Notes: generated from the letters alone by a model not told the origin. DNA of 63,756 nt, filler included, from Hyphochytrium catenoides (GCA_900088475.1; 11 parts of 11 records of this genome joined end to end with filler, not necessarily neighbours in it), one strand, 5' to 3'; positions 13,522 to 31,136 are shown, counted from the whole stretch's first letter. A program made the numbers and translations.

Positions 13522-16510
13522 CCTCCCATGGCTTTGCATTATAAATAGCTCTATGATTAGGAAATAGGTGAGGTCCACAGTTCTGAAGAACGGGCGAAAG
13601 GCCCCAGGAAAGAAAGTAAGAGTATGGCTTCTTGCGCGTGGGACACAGAATGTGGGACTCGAAGAGATGATTGTGGTGGAGGCGGCGAGACAACGGAGAG
13701 CGCGGGAGCGACAGGCAAAGGACTTGGCAGTAAGTAAGACCCTCGGAATGATGGCCGAAGCAAGCACCAGTAACAAAGATCGAGAGGAGGGCACTATCAA
13801 GCCAGAACCGTTACTCTTTCTTGTGCTCAAGACCTCAAAGGGAAGGAAAGAGATGAAACTCCTCCGAATCCCACCCAGCCGGCTTCAGTAACCTATCCTA
13901 GTCTTACCTGAATATGCCCCCGCAAGTTGCCCACCCACCTCAACCCAGAAACTCTGAAAGAAAGATGTTGCTATCACCACTTACCAAGTGCCTGTACAGA
14001 CAGTCTTCCAAGTGCAAGTGAATCGTCGTGGTCACTGTTCTTTATAGGCCAGTGACACCGGCGTCCAGGTTTAGTGAGGATGGTGTGGTGGCAAACTGCT
14101 TCAGTAGACTGGATAATCAAAAGAGCGAAGCGGCTGTCCATACAACACCTGCACATCTTCTTCTTCGCACCTTCTTCAGGCCCCAGCCGCAGTTTCCGGC
14201 ACCAAGGGTTGGTTGAGCAGCAGGAGGAAGCAGAAGGTACAGCAGTTACTACTAGCGAGAAACAAATAGTCCGATGATGGGGACAACACTGCTACTTCTC
14301 GGAGAGAGAAATAATGAGTCTGATGCTGGGATAAAGAATGATCGACAGCAGGAGGAGTCTTTGTAAGAGAAGTGGGAGGATGCTCGGTGGTGGTGCTGCT
14401 GTGTTTTTGGCATTGCGGAAAAGATGGAAGACTCCTGTAACAACACTGAGAAAAAAAGTGGCCCTATTAGGGACTTCCTGTCGGTCGTCACAACCACCAC
14501 CATCTCTCCAATTCCGCTCGTCCCTCCTAATATTCACGGGTTTATTTATAGCAGTTAGATAACCACTTGCAACAAATGGTACTCTTACTACCCTGCGTTG
14601 TGGCGTTCTGTCCACTAGTAGGCTATATAAAGGCTATCTAGAAGGTATAGGAAGTCTCAGTCTCACTCTCTCCGTAGCAGACCTGTGAGCGCCCAACAGT
14701 GTCTCGGATTGATTGAAAGTTTAAGTCTCCCTAGAAGTAGGAAATCAAGAAAGAGGCGGCACACGAAGGCGTTGAAGAGGACACTTTGAAGACACTTGTC
14801 GGCTTAGCACGGATGGTTGCCTCCGCTTCTACTATCCAGTTCCCACCTTGCTAACTTTGTTCTGCAGCATCAGTCGTGACCAGCCTTACTATTGCGCTTC
14901 ATTAGGAAGAGGTTTTGAAGACAGCGGCGGTCACCATATTATGCGTGTAGGAGGCAGGTTAATGCTGATAATTAGAAAGGGAAAATCAAGATGCGAGTGA
15001 AGGGTCTTCTTCCCTTTTGATGATAATCATCTTCTGCTGGAAAGTCTAACAATCGTTAAAAGAATAGTTGCAAGCAGAGGTAGCACCAGTGCCTAACTTT
15101 ATCTTGCGCGGATAATCATCGTCCTGTAAGGGACGGACGAAGTCAAAGGCACTGTGATCCCGTTATTCCTTGCAGGTCGTCTGTGACGTCGTGTTCTATC
15201 AACAGGAGGCAGTGGCAGTAGTTCTCCTAAGAAGGTTGATATGGTGAAATACGTGATCAAGATGTCATGGTTATCGCCATCAGAGGAAAAAAGGGCAGGG
15301 AAAGAGAAGAGCCCAGAAGAGAGTCGCCACAAGGGCAGGGTAGAGGGGAAAGAAGCACTTTCGTATCCGTAATCGTAGCGATATTGGTCAGTTTTGAGTG
15401 GATCATTCCTCCCGTTCCCGCACCACCAGGCCTCCTTCTCGGCAGATAGGAGGGCTAGTTACGAGCTAACACCCTGTGTCTGTCCTTTCATCAGATGTAG
15501 ATAATTTCAACAAAATCCAAACATCGTTGCGTCTAAGAAAGACTTCTTTTGTTTCTTCACACTTGATGGCAACAAGAGTCATGTGCTCAAGAAGAAGGCT
15601 GATGTTGCTGATGGATCCTGGCTGACGAAGCGAGGTGCAACAACGTGGCGGCCAGAGGAAAATGAAGAATCACTGTCATACCCAGTAAAGAGAATGTTGA
15701 AATGGCGTGGCGTCATGCCTAAAGTGAATGCTAAGATGATGCTGCCTCACAGAAGGGTTACCATCTATCTATTCACGCTCATCATGTGCGTTGTTGTGGC
15801 GGACTAACTACTAATTAAGAGCTCCTCTCACAGGGCAAGACCATCCAGCTACACTCCGCCACATCGGTCTCAGAAGGGAATATGCAAGAGGGTCTCTGCC
15901 TCTATGTCTGGTGTTAGTATGCAAAGTAAAGACCTTTATAGTGACGTAGAGGAGGAGTGTTGGCGTGATGACACTGTGATAAGAGGTCAGCAGCATTGCA
16001 GCTTCAGATATCTGATCTGGAAGATGGTTGATAGAACGTCCTCACATTATAACAGAACGACAATCGTCAGTCACTGTGGTGACATACGTATTTGATGATA
16101 ACATGATAACACAAAAGCTCTAGTATTCTGTCTTTTTAATAGCCTAATAAAAAATGGCGAAATACACCTCCTCACGGAATACGACGAATTGTGGTTGGTG
16201 TGGGAAGGCTGAAGAGACCCAAAGCCTATGCCAAGTAACGGATGAACGAGTCTTTAAGTTATCGTACACCTTGAAGCCTCAATAAATCCCCTATACCTTA
16301 AAGACTCTGCTTAGTTCATTGGGCTTGAAGAGATCAAGCGCAAGCCAGGTCTGTCGGCGATCCGCCGGTCCGGAGCCCGGAGATCATTGTGATCAAGCAG
16401 CGAAGCCTCCCGAAGACAAGGAGCTTGAAAAGAGTTACTAAGCCTCTCGAGTCATCGGTGGTCTTAATCGCGAGTGTGCCCAAACAAGCACCCGCTTAAC
16501 TTATATAAGG

Positions 16511-19892
<3,382 letters not shown>

Positions 19893-20169
19893 GGCATGGT
19901 CTGTAGCTTCAAGGATGCAAGCCGCTGGCAAGAAAATGCAGCGGAAGAGCTTTGATGAGCCCTACAAAAGTATGACGAAAATATCAATGGATCAGGATGG
20001 CATTAGCGGTCATAGGAAAGAATAAATTGAGAATTTGGCTCTAAAGGTCTGCCCAGTGACATATGAGCTGCTACACTTCAGACCGATAAACCTTGCAGAT
20101 CTGACAGCGCAATTGCGCAACGTGGCTGTTAGCTTCCAGTATCCCTATCCGTTGCCCTATGACTGTCTT

Positions 20170-23100
20170 TCACCATCTGACAAGCGTCCACAGGAGTAGA
20201 CCAAGCCCTACCACAAGGAGAAAGTTGCCCTGATCCGCTATCCAGCGGAAATTGAACTGGAATGACTTCTTGGCAACCTCCATCCGTCTCACCCTTTCCC
20301 TGAAGCTTAGCTCTTTTTGAGCCGCGGAAGAGGGAGAGACCGAGGGCGCATGTGAGGGGACATCCCGAGGGAGCTTCAGAAGTTGGTTTACGAAGAGAGA
20401 GAGACGGTAAGACAGTCGAACGAGAATGGCAATCTCATGAGTGCCCACGGGTTCCAATAATGGGTCACCCACATAGCTCAGGTCTACGTTATTGCTACAC
20501 CTGGTCCGGCCTTGAATTACTTGGTCCAATCCCCTATCTGAGAGTAGAAGCTTAAGTGCACGGTCTCTATCTGGTGCCTGCAGATCAGCATGGGTGGAGC
20601 TTGGAGTGGAGATCCGGAGACGATGGCTAGCGATGTACTCAGCAGATATGTCGAAGATACGTCGAAGATCGCTTATCGTGGTCAAACACCTCTGCTGAGT
20701 ACTAGAATGATCCATCCGCTGCGATTGGCTGCCATCTCCCTTGCTATCGCCTATCATGGAAGAAAACCAATTGCCCGCGTAATCAAGAACCCCACCTCCT
20801 TCTGCGGAGGAGGAAGTTGAGGAGCTGGTAGGACCTGCTGGACCTCCCGTCCCTCGCTGCAGAATAGAAGGGGGCAAATTCATAAGAAACTGGTCGATAA
20901 TGCGCTGCGCATCTCTTTGAAAACGCAAGGGAGAGACAGGAACCGGGATGAATCCAATTACTTGGCAATGTTGGACGAGTAGCTGCTTGATATAGGAGAC
21001 AGAACTCTTTTCTATAAACGAAGAAGAGCATCTCTCCCCTTTCCCTGCTTTGAACTTCTGCCTCCTGTACCAAGCTTCTGAGTGGTGGCCTGGTAAGGAA
21101 TCTATTGTGTCCATCAGCTCTCCGCAGACGGTTAGCACCTCCAGAATATCCGAATTATAGACGACTAGCACCTTCTCTAGCAGCTTCAGATAGGTTTCGT
21201 CGAGCTTTCCTCCCGCGAAAATGTCTACGTCCCTCATCCTCTGTATAAAGATACCAAGTAGAGTAGAGTAAAAGTGATAATTGAAGGCCAGGAAAGACGT
21301 CCAGGAGGCATCAAAGGAGGAATGTGAAGAGTAGGTCTGCCTGTCATCTTTCCCTATCCTGCAACCTGTGGCCCAATCCTTGCAATTCCAAGGCTGAATG
21401 TAGGCCAGCCATACATCCACAACAGCCGAATAGGGTGTGGTCCCTACTGAGAGAGGGCATCGAGCTAAAGCCAAGCGGAGAAAGTCGAACAACGGCTTCT
21501 GCAACGACAAAAGGTACGACGTCATTGGCAATGGCGGAGGGCCATAGAGCTGGGTGGCAGCAGATCCTAAGTCTACCCAGCCTTCCGCAGAGAAGGAGGC
21601 CGACTGGCCGCCTAGAGATGATGTTACCGGAGGAGGAGGTGGCGAGATGGGCAGGGTTGGATCTGCTAAGAGGTAGCAAGTAGTTACCAAGAGCGATTTC
21701 GAGAGTTCGGCAGATGGAGCGATATACTCCCCATAGACCGAGGGAGGGATAAAGGGGTCCTCTGGTTGCTGGTCTAAGCCCCGGCTATCCATTGTCGGCG
21801 TCATAGCTAAACAACATTGAGGAAGAGGGAGCGTGAAGTTAGGGAGGCTGTGTAAGTGGGGCGAGCTACTTATAAGATGCGTTAGCTCAATACTAAATCT
21901 CTCAAATCTTTCATCAAGTCCCCTTTGCTTTGCTAGACCAGCACTCGGGATCGTCATCTTCAACGGATGCGTCTCTTTGCCACAAAGGTCGCAGGCGCCT
22001 TCTTCTCTCTCGCCTTACATATGCTCTCACTCTGTCTTCTATGCTCTCACTCTGTCTTCTCTGTATTTGTCATTGCCTTGGCCTGACCAGTCACTTAAAC
22101 TGCACCGCCCTCTACATGACTCTAGTCGAGAGTTCACTGAAGCATTGTCTGTCCTTACCTGACCCTGGCAGAGAAGGGGCAAGAGGAAGGTTTCCTGGCC
22201 CATGCTGCGGTGGGGGTGGAACGCCATACAGCCCGCTTCCCGCTTCTCCTACTGCAGCTACTCCCGTACTAATGCTATTTTGGGAGAGCCAGAATTCAAT
22301 CATCCCTTGCAAGATGAGCTGCGTTTTGTAGGTGTCTGCGAATGAACGGATAGACAGGTCCCTGTGCCGCGATAGGGAGAGAGAAGAGCCTTCTGCGGCG
22401 GAGTGGGGGAAGAACTTGATCAGGTACTGCAGCCACAGCGTGTCGTAGGGATATCCAGCGATAATTCCCGGTACTGGATTGGCCGTTTGCGAATAGACGC
22501 CGACGGTAGATAACAGGAGCCAATAGAAGAGGATAATTAGTGTTATACACAAGAGATGGATGGGAGATGAACGTACTCCCTTTAACCATGAAGTCTTCCT
22601 CATCTGGGGCTGAGGCGGAGGGAGCACTACTGCTGCCGGATGATTTAGAATAACTAGGACGCTTTGAAGAAAGAGGGCCCGTGAGTCGCGATGAAGATGG
22701 AGCACCAGACAAGCTATCTCTCTGCCTATGGAGAAAATGGGTTTAGTAAGCTTCTCCAGTAAGTCTGTACACCAACCCGATACGCCACGCTTGAGAAACT
22801 TCAAGACCCGCGAAAGATAACTCACGGGCGACGGAGAACGAGAGAAAGAGAGATCATAGAGTTTGACTGTCCAGGGTCAAATGAACCAAGGCGAACCCTC
22901 AAGAGAACACTGCATTTGGCTTTTACCTTTGCCGACTGACAGGTCTCGTTCTGGAGACCGGGTAGCGTAGCATAGAGAATACGAGATATTCTGTCATATT
23001 GAGCATTAAGTAAGAAGAGAGTTAAGGAGGAGGTGCGGATATTTTTGCGCTCAAGAACACAAATAGCCCGGCAAATTCATCGGAAAGAGACTGGGAAACC

Positions 23101-24348
23101 GGACTCGCAGGCATAGAGTAGGCATAGAAGAAAACTAATTCGAGTTAAGTGCAGATGAAGTCGAGCGCGGCAGAGTGGCCATGTTTAGAAGTTCGCAGGG
23201 AGACCCAGCCGAGCGTCAAGGCGAGATGGGCAAGCACTGAGGAACCATCAAAAGGTTCAGCAGAGGAAGAGAAAGAGGCAGGATGACCCGTCGTTGTCAA
23301 GAGAGATACCAGATTTCACCATAGGCACCAGAAGGGGGACAGGGACGGACAGTGAGTTAGCAAGAGAGAAGCAGGATGAAGAAGCGCTGTCGAGAAGGAT
23401 ATGTGAGGGGCTCTCGGTTCTAACTGCTGCTTGTAAACTGGAGTTCCGAGTGTATGAGTATAAAGGGGTGAAAGAGAAGGCGACTGCATAGAGAGTTTCA
23501 ACTGTGTCGGGAGAGGTAGATTTGCACAGTCAAACCGGAACTCAACCGGGTGGAAGAAGAAGGTTGCTGCATTGAAGATTGAGCCTTCATGATCTGGGTC
23601 ACTATGAGTTGGCAAGAAGGGAAGAGACGAAGGGGAAGAAGGCAACGACCAGAATAGCAAAAGAGAGAGACGAGTTAGAGAGCCAACGACCTAGAAGGGT
23701 TAGGTCAGCGAATGGGAACGCAGACGCTGCTCGTCAACAAACAGTCAGTANNNNNNNNNNNNNNNNNNNNNNNNNNNNNNNNNNNNNNNNNNNNNNNNNN
23801 NNNNNNNNNNNNNNNNNNNNNNNNNNNNNNNNNNNNNAGAGGCTTGGTAGACTGCTGGATCCAACCCCCTCCGACTCTTTTAGAGACTTCGTCCTCGCCA
23901 TAGATGCGCTCCGTGAGCTTCGGTATCAGTTCATAGAATTGTCTCCGGCTTTCTGAGGCCTGATGGTTGCCTGTGGCACTGATAGAAAAGGTAAATAATC
24001 GTCAAAGACTGAGGTCATGCAGGGTACGGAGGGAGAGACAGTGAAAGGGAGAATGGGTCAAGGGCCAGAGAAAGAAAGGAGAGAAAGAGCGAGGAACACA
24101 AGGAGAGAAGAAGAGAGGAGAGAGAAGGAGAGAAGAAGAGAGGAGAGAGGGAGAGCGGGGGGTCTGAGAGAAGAGGCCAACGACAGCCCCAACCTTGTGT
24201 TGATCTCATAGAGAATGAACTTATAGACAGCTGTCGCTGCCCTTGCGATGTCCGAAGTCTCGAGGAGCTGGTTGAGATTATCGTTGCTTTCATCCACAAC
24301 TCCAAAGGAGGACACGGTTGGGCCCCTAGTGCCTGGTACACCAGCCAT
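20170..24348 (-). CDS. Sphingomyelin phosphodiesterase 4 (SMPD4/nSMase3)-like membrane protein; multi-exon, last exon ~20170-21807, start uncertain
   Basis: Blocks resembling SMPD4 in the expected order: FDCANLPLPTQ, LNMTEYLVF, WLQYLIKFFP, MIEFWLSQN, DVWLAYIQPW, WTSFLAFNYHFYSTLL, YVGDPLLEPVGTHEIAILVRLSYRLS, NFRWIAD, and a C-terminal transmembrane helix. Confidence 0.75.
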
Positions 24349-25191
24349 GGTAGACCGCAAGCTCATGACACCTCTGTTACGCGCCCTCTTTGGTCGAGCC
24401 AATTCAAGCTCCGTGCCCCCGAGTCTCAGTAGAGTGAAAGACGCAACCCGCAATGCGCAGAAAAGTAATTGGGGAAGGGCGAAGAGGAAAGACAGGTCCA
24501 GAGCGAAGAAAGAAAAGAGAGAGAGTGCGGGACACGGCAGAGAAGGAGCGATAGAACTAGACAGCAAAAGAGATGCACAATGCCAACAAGGAGGAGGTTC
24601 ATCTGCCTGCCTGCCTGTGATGAGATGAGCTGAGGAGGAGGAAGCGATGAGAACAGCAGAGCCCCAAAGAAGGTTTGCCAAGGAGTTTCAAAGATTTTCT
24701 GTGGTGGGGTACCTACTTCCCGCCTTCCCCATCCTGAACAGAGCTGCATTTTATACCTAAATAGACCATCTTAATACAGTCATATTCGGAATGCAAAGGC
24801 AATGAATGTACAAGCCGCAAGTTGAACCTTCTTGGCCTTTCTTGGCCGATCTTCCGTCCTCATGGCCAGCATAACAACCAAAGGTCACAAGAAGCTGGGG
24901 CTTGCACCGGATCTCCTCGACTGTCAATAACCTTTCCGCTGGCCCACTAACAGCCAACATTCTCCAAACGGGCAGCGAGAACGCACCTGGAAGACAAGGG
25001 CCGAGCTGGGCAGTGACCATGAGAGAGCGGTGACGTTACCAGGGAAGAGTCACACAGCCTCCCGGAGGAGAACGAGGGCAAGGAAGCAAAGAAACGGGAT
25101 CTCCCACCAGAAGTAGCAAGACACAGCTGCTGAAGCTCTCTTTTTCTAAACCTTCGACCGTCGGCACTAGAGAAAGTTCTTCCTTCCGTGT

Positions 25192-25291
25192 NNNNNNNNN
25201 NNNNNNNNNNNNNNNNNNNNNNNNNNNNNNNNNNNTTAATTAATTAANNNNNNNNNNNNNNNNNNNNNNNNNNNNNNNNNNNNNNNNNNNN
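25192..25291. other. Artificial contig-joining spacer
   Basis: N44-TTAATTAATTAA-N44. Confidence 0.97.
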
Positions 25292-27511
25292 AGCGGAGAA
25301 GAAGGAGGAGGAGGAGGTGAACCATCAGCAACCATGTCATCACCACCAACCATCGTGTCAACACCGTCGAGCTCAGCCGTCGCGAGACAAGCAAGAGAAG
25401 GGTCCAGCTGTTCAGGAGGAACGCGCTTCAGAATTTGAAGTGCATTTTCTTCGTGAATGGCCAAAGACACTCGCGTGTGAAGGCGTAGGCCCATAGCTAA
25501 GCGAGACCAAGGGTCAAGATGCCGAGAACCATCAAGAGCGGAGCGATCACATTGAAGCTTCACCAGGTGACCCACACAATCAACGACGCCTTGCATGCAT
25601 TTTTTTATAAAAGAAAACCCATCGTATCCTCTCCGAGTTCCCTCCCCGCGAATTTTGTCTAACGATGACTGTTAGAGCCACCAGCTAATAAAGAGGGAGA
25701 AGCAGTCCAGCGTCCCGCAATAGCTTTGAGGAGCAGCGCCCATTAGTAGTAGTGACAGTAGTTCTACTACTGACTTTCGCACGGTTATCTGATAAGACCT
25801 CCCAGGTAGTTCTACAACTAGACCGTGACTACTAACAGACAGAATGGATGACTTCGCCCTTGCCATGGCCGCTCGATCTAGCGTCTAAGCTTCCTGCCCA
25901 ACAGCGGCCAGAGCCCCCAGACTGGCGGCACACCACCAATAAATGACGGACTTCGTAAACAAACTACGGTCACCATGACCGTTCACACTTCTACTTGTTG
26001 TACTTGTACTTGTACTGTAAATATAACTGTTCACTACCGAGTACCGTAGTTGTATGGTACGCAAGGTCAAGTACAAGTAATACTGCTTGCCGTCTAGGAC
26101 ATAGATGGCAAGTCGTGTTGGAGCCCAAGCACTACTCGTACAGTTCTCTAAAACTGTAGAAGCACTACTAGTGCTCTTATTACCATGATGTTCTTTATTA
26201 GGCCAGAATATGTCGGAAGAGCTGTCGTAATAAAGCGGGAGAGGGAGAACTGACTCTTCATCCTATAAATCTAGGTGTACACAAGCTATTTCCTTCCTTT
26301 CTCTCTCTCTCTCAACTCTCTCTCTCGCTTTCTCTCTCTTTTGCTTTCGCGTTCGCTCCTCTTTCGCTCGCTCGGCTCTCTTCGTTAGTCTATCTATCTG
26401 TAGTCCGTCTTCTTCGTTTGTCATCACTAATTTCTACCTGTCGTACTCTTCTCTCTCTCTCTCATCATTCAATCTACAGAACCTCTTTGTCTCTACTTGA
26501 CTTCTAATTTCCCTACAGTACATCCTCTGTCTGCTTCTCAGGCTTATTCTACGGACCGTCTTCTCCACTAGGACGCGAAGGAGTCTTTCCTCTCGCTCTC
26601 TTCCCTCTACATGCAGCATCTCGCCGGTACTGGATAACTTCTTCAGAGATAAGCGCCTCTGGGTTCCCGAGTCTCTCCGTTCCCACCTCGATCTTATCTC
26701 TCTCCGGCGACAACGACTCTGTCTGTCCCATTTCAGCTCTGACACCTTCGTCCTTCCTTCTGCTTTTCTATCTCCATCATCCCTCTCTCCATCACTTCCT
26801 TTTTCCTTTATTACTTGTCTCCCAATGCCCCATCTCTTCAATCCTTCTCTGTTCTCTCTTTGCCTACTGCGGCACCACAAGTCCGAGCAAATGGGCGGCG
26901 GACTCATCTCTACGCCTTGAACAGAGCTCCTCGTTCCTCTTCTTTGGTGGTTTCCATCTCGTTTGCGTCCTATTATTCGTCAGAATAAACTCGAAAGCCC
27001 CATAGGTTTCCGGCTGTTCCTGTCTTCTCGGGTTCTTCTCTCCTTGTACTGGAGCAGCATGAACCACGGCGCATTTTCAGTCCTCTCCGCTTGGCTGCTA
27101 TAGGCTCTGTTCCTCCTCTTTCTATCTATCCTCCTCTTTCTATCGCCTGCGGCTGGCCCCCCAATCTCCCATACTATCTCTATTCCTCTCCCTCCATCCA
27201 TGCTCTTTCTCTCTCTCCGGCGCGCACTGCTTGATGCCACTTTTCACTCTCTGCGAGTTGCCGTCCTCTCAGGGTTTAGGATCTCTCTCCCAGCACTTTT
27301 GTTATTCGTTTTTCCTCCTCTCTCTCTCTCTCTCGTGCCTCCTCCTCCTCGCTCCAGTCCAGCAATCCCTGCTTTCGTTTCTCCTCGTCATTTTGCGACT
27401 TTACGATCGTTTGACAGATTGAAGAACCGTGATCTCCCGTCCTTTCACGAGCGACGAAAGACAGCACTTAAGAGAAGAGGAAAGCAAGAAAGGAAGAAAA
27501 GACGTACAAGG

Positions 27512-30321
27512 ATGAGGAGGTCTCTTTTTCGCAGTTTACTCGTTTTCACTCTCTCCTCCTCATCAGTTCTCCTCTCTTCGTCTCTTCTCTCCCTCCTCGC
27601 TAGACCAACCTTTCTCTCCCCTGCAGACGCAGCGCCATCCCCTCGCCGACTGGACGCGCTGACTGTTGGAAACTCTTTCATCGTCGAGTTTAAGACGCCT
27701 CCCACAGTCAATGGCGGGGATAGTAGTGCGATAAAAGTGGAACAGGAGACGTTTATGGAGGCAATGCGGGCTCAAAATGTTCCTTTTCAAGTTCACTTCC
27801 AGTTTGACACTTTGCTCAACGCTCTCTCTCTCTCTATTCCATCTACGCATGGAGTGGTAGACATCCAGGCGCTGACCGCGCTGCCCGGTGTCACTCGGAT
27901 ATCGGCGAACCTCGCGATCCCGAGCCCTCCCTTAAAGAAAAGGCCCATCTTAAGGGATGCTGCTCCTGTGGATCGTGATCTGTACTCCATTGTCCAAGCT
28001 CACAATCTAACAGGCGTCACTGAGGTTCAGCAGCGCTTCAAATTATCCGGTAAAGGGGTCAAAGTGGGCGTGGTAGATACGGGGATCGACTATACGCATC
28101 CCGCGTTTGGCGCTTGTAAGGCGGTTGGACCTGACTGCAGAGTGGCGTTTGGCTATGACTTTGTGGGCTCTCTCTTCATCCCCAATCATCCTGATGAAGC
28201 GCTTCGCACTCCAACGCCGGACGCAGATCCAATGGATGAGTGTGAGGGTCACGGGACGCACGTGGCCGGAACAGTGGGTGGCGTGGACGACAAGGTCCTT
28301 GGCGTGGCGCCTGATGTGGTCCTTGGGGCGTATAAAATCTTTGGATGTGGAGGCGCAGGAACGACGGAGGATCTCGTTCTTGCCGGGTTGACTGCCGCGT
28401 ACAAAGATGGAATGGACATCATCAACCTCTCGCTCGTCATGGATTCTCCCTGGGAGCAGTCACCGACGGCTCTAGCCGCCAGCAACATGGCCAAGAAAGG
28501 TGTTATTGTGATCGCCGCTATGGGCAATACAGGTCAGTCAGGGCTCTGGCAGGGTGGCGCCCCGGCTTCAGGAGATGACGCGATTGCCGTGGCCTCGATG
28601 GATAACTCGAATTATCTCACAGTGAACCTATCTGTCAAAAACATTCAGCAACCTGCAAGTAAGAAGTATAAGCTAAGCAACCTGACGCCCAGAGCAAAGG
28701 CAGGCCTGTCCCAGACTGTCGAGTTGGCCATCTCCGCCTTGCACCCTTCGCATAGTTTGACATCGGACGGATGCGAAGGTTATGAGAGTGATCATGAGCC
28801 TCCGAGCGATGAGGACATTAGGGCTTTCGCGGGGAAGTACCTCTTGATCAGACATGGTGACTGGCTGTTGGAAGATAAAGTGGACAACGCAGAAGATGCT
28901 GGTGCCGCCGGAGTCATTATCTATAACAGCGAGGAAGGCGAGCTGCAGGCAAACTTCAACAGTCCCTTCATAAAAGTACCCGTAGGAACTATCTCTTTCA
29001 CAAGACGGAGAAGAACTGGCAAGATTGGCTGCGAGCTCGTCGGAGCCCTTAGTTCTGTCATTCTCGAACTCATCAGAGGCCATCCCAAGCGTCGGCAAAG
29101 TGAGTGACTTCAGTTCCTGGGGCCTGGCGCCTGACTTGGCTATCAAGCCCGACATCGGTGCACCAGGAGGGCACATCCTATCGGCCTGGCCGGTGAAGCT
29201 AGGTTCGTACAACACGATATCAGGGACATCCATGGCGGCGCCCTATGTGGCTGGCGTGGCCGCACTTATGTCCAGGCGGGACGATCCGGGCAGTTCCAAC
29301 TTCCGCGGCTCGTTGACAACTCTGTTCAAAATCTTCGGGATTTCAAACAGCTTATCCAAAATACGGCGTCTCCAGTGTTTCGAAGAGAAGGTGGAGACTA
29401 CCCTGAGTCCGTGGCGCGGCAAGGCGCGGGAATGATTAATGCCCTCCATCTTCTAACCGCCAGGACCGTTGTCTCCCCGTCAGCGCTGCGTCTCGGATAT
29501 ATCCCGACAGCGAGGAGGGACGCAATCAGAAAGAGGTTCACTGTGACTAACAAGGGGGAGGAGACATCAGAGTACACACTCTCCCACGAAGCGGCAGCCT
29601 CCGTGAATGCGACAGACTCCGCCAAACCTACCAGCGAACTTAGGCCTTCAACAGTAAAAATATCACCAGCTTCCTTCTCTCTCGGTCCCAAGGAGCAACA
29701 GCTTGTTCAGCTGGAAATCTTGCCTGACATGTCAACGATCCAGGACGAGCGATGGCTATATTCAGGCTTTATCAAGATCCAGAACAGCATCGAAAAGCTT
29801 CCCACCTTTTTGCCCTATGCCGGGATGAAGGGTGATAATCGGAGGTATCCCATCTTCGGTACTGGGCAATTAGCTGCTTATGTGCGGCCGGCTGGAAAGC
29901 AAGAGGAGAAGTACTTTCTCCCTTCCGAGTCCGTTACGTTTTCCTTCAATGAGAAGACCTTGGATATCCCTCTCTTGCTTTCCATTTTGTCCATCCCACG
30001 CCTCTGTTCTACTGCAAGGTCTATGACGCTGAGGATGAGAGTAAAATGCATGGCTACGTGATGTACGCGCCCTACACGGGGAGAAGCCCTTCCACTGTCA
30101 TGCAAGACCCAGAAGACCCGTTTAGACGATTCCTTTGGCCCCTCGTTGGCAACACCAGCCAGCCCGCTGTTTTCGAGGATCCATTGAATCAGGAACGGCT
30201 TGTGGGCTTGCAAGATGGGAATTATGTAGTGGTCGCCACAGCGGCGAAGGCGCTAGGAAATAAGAAGAAAGACTTTGAGTTCTGGCGGAGCCCCAAGATT
30301 TCCATCAGGACACAGATCTAA
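27512..30321 (+). pseudogene. Secreted S8 subtilisin-like peptidase (prodomain, S8, PA, Fn3-like domains), intronless, split by three single-base frameshifts
   Basis: Signal-like MRRSLFRSLLVF. Catalytic triad motifs VGVVDTGIDYTHP, GHGTHVAG and SGTSMAAPYVAGVAAL. Also FSSWGL, KPDIGAPGG, QGAGMINA and PA domain AEDAGAAGVIIYN. Frame changes at ~28996-28998, ~29266 and ~29975. Confidence 0.85.
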
Positions 30322-31136
30322 GACACTAGCGGAGGAAGAGAGAAGTGGAGATGGAGATGTTATTTTTATAAAAAAGACGAACTTTCCAAGAAGTAAAAGA
30401 TCTTTGTCTTCTTTATCTAAACTATTCTGTCTAACCCACAGAAGTCGCCATTAGGCCTTGTTGAAGGGGCGTTCTCTATGTCCTTAGGCGTCTCACTGCT
30501 GAAGAGAGCTTAAAACTCTTCTCTTCTGGCTCTCCCTGTCTCTCTTCTCTTGCTATCTTCCTCTTCTTTCCCACTCTTCGGTGCACTACACTTAGCACCA
30601 CTCCACCTCTCTTTTCCCCCCATCCTTTTTCCTCAACCAATCCTCTACTTTCTCCAGCCTCGAGATGTCTTAAGCTTTTCTTCGTTTCTTCAGATCTCTC
30701 CATCCTTCCACCCTCTCCCTGTCTTCTTGATCTCTTCTCTCTCTCCTTCAATCTCTCTCGCAATACACATCACACAAACGGACATTCTAATTGTTGACTT
30801 TAACCCTCGCTTTTCTCGTGATTGCTCTGTCTTGTCTCTGTAGTGACTGGCTGGTCCCCGTCTAATAGTTTGATCTGCAAACCTTAAAGACTCTCTCTGT
30901 CTCATCAATCTCTCTCCCTTTCGATAATCACATTTTCAAATTTGTCACCTGTCGATGGCTATCCTCCGGGACTTCCCCAAATTTCTCTACCGTTCTGCAG
31001 TCTCTCCCCCTTCCCCTTTGTCAATCTGGCTCTTATGCTAAGGAAATAATGCCTAGACTAGAAGAGAAGACAAAGAGAAGTGCAGACCTGACGGCGGGTG
31101 CGAGAAAGGTTTAGCTGAGTGCTCGTTGATAGGTAA

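Noticed and set aside
13522-16400. Possible exons at 13567-13730 and an LTR-like TATATAAA...CCCAACA at ~14625-14697
   Set aside because: No identifiable protein, PBS or second LTR.
25292-25596. ORF MQGVVDCVGHL...
   Set aside because: Truncated by the spacer, with no motif support.
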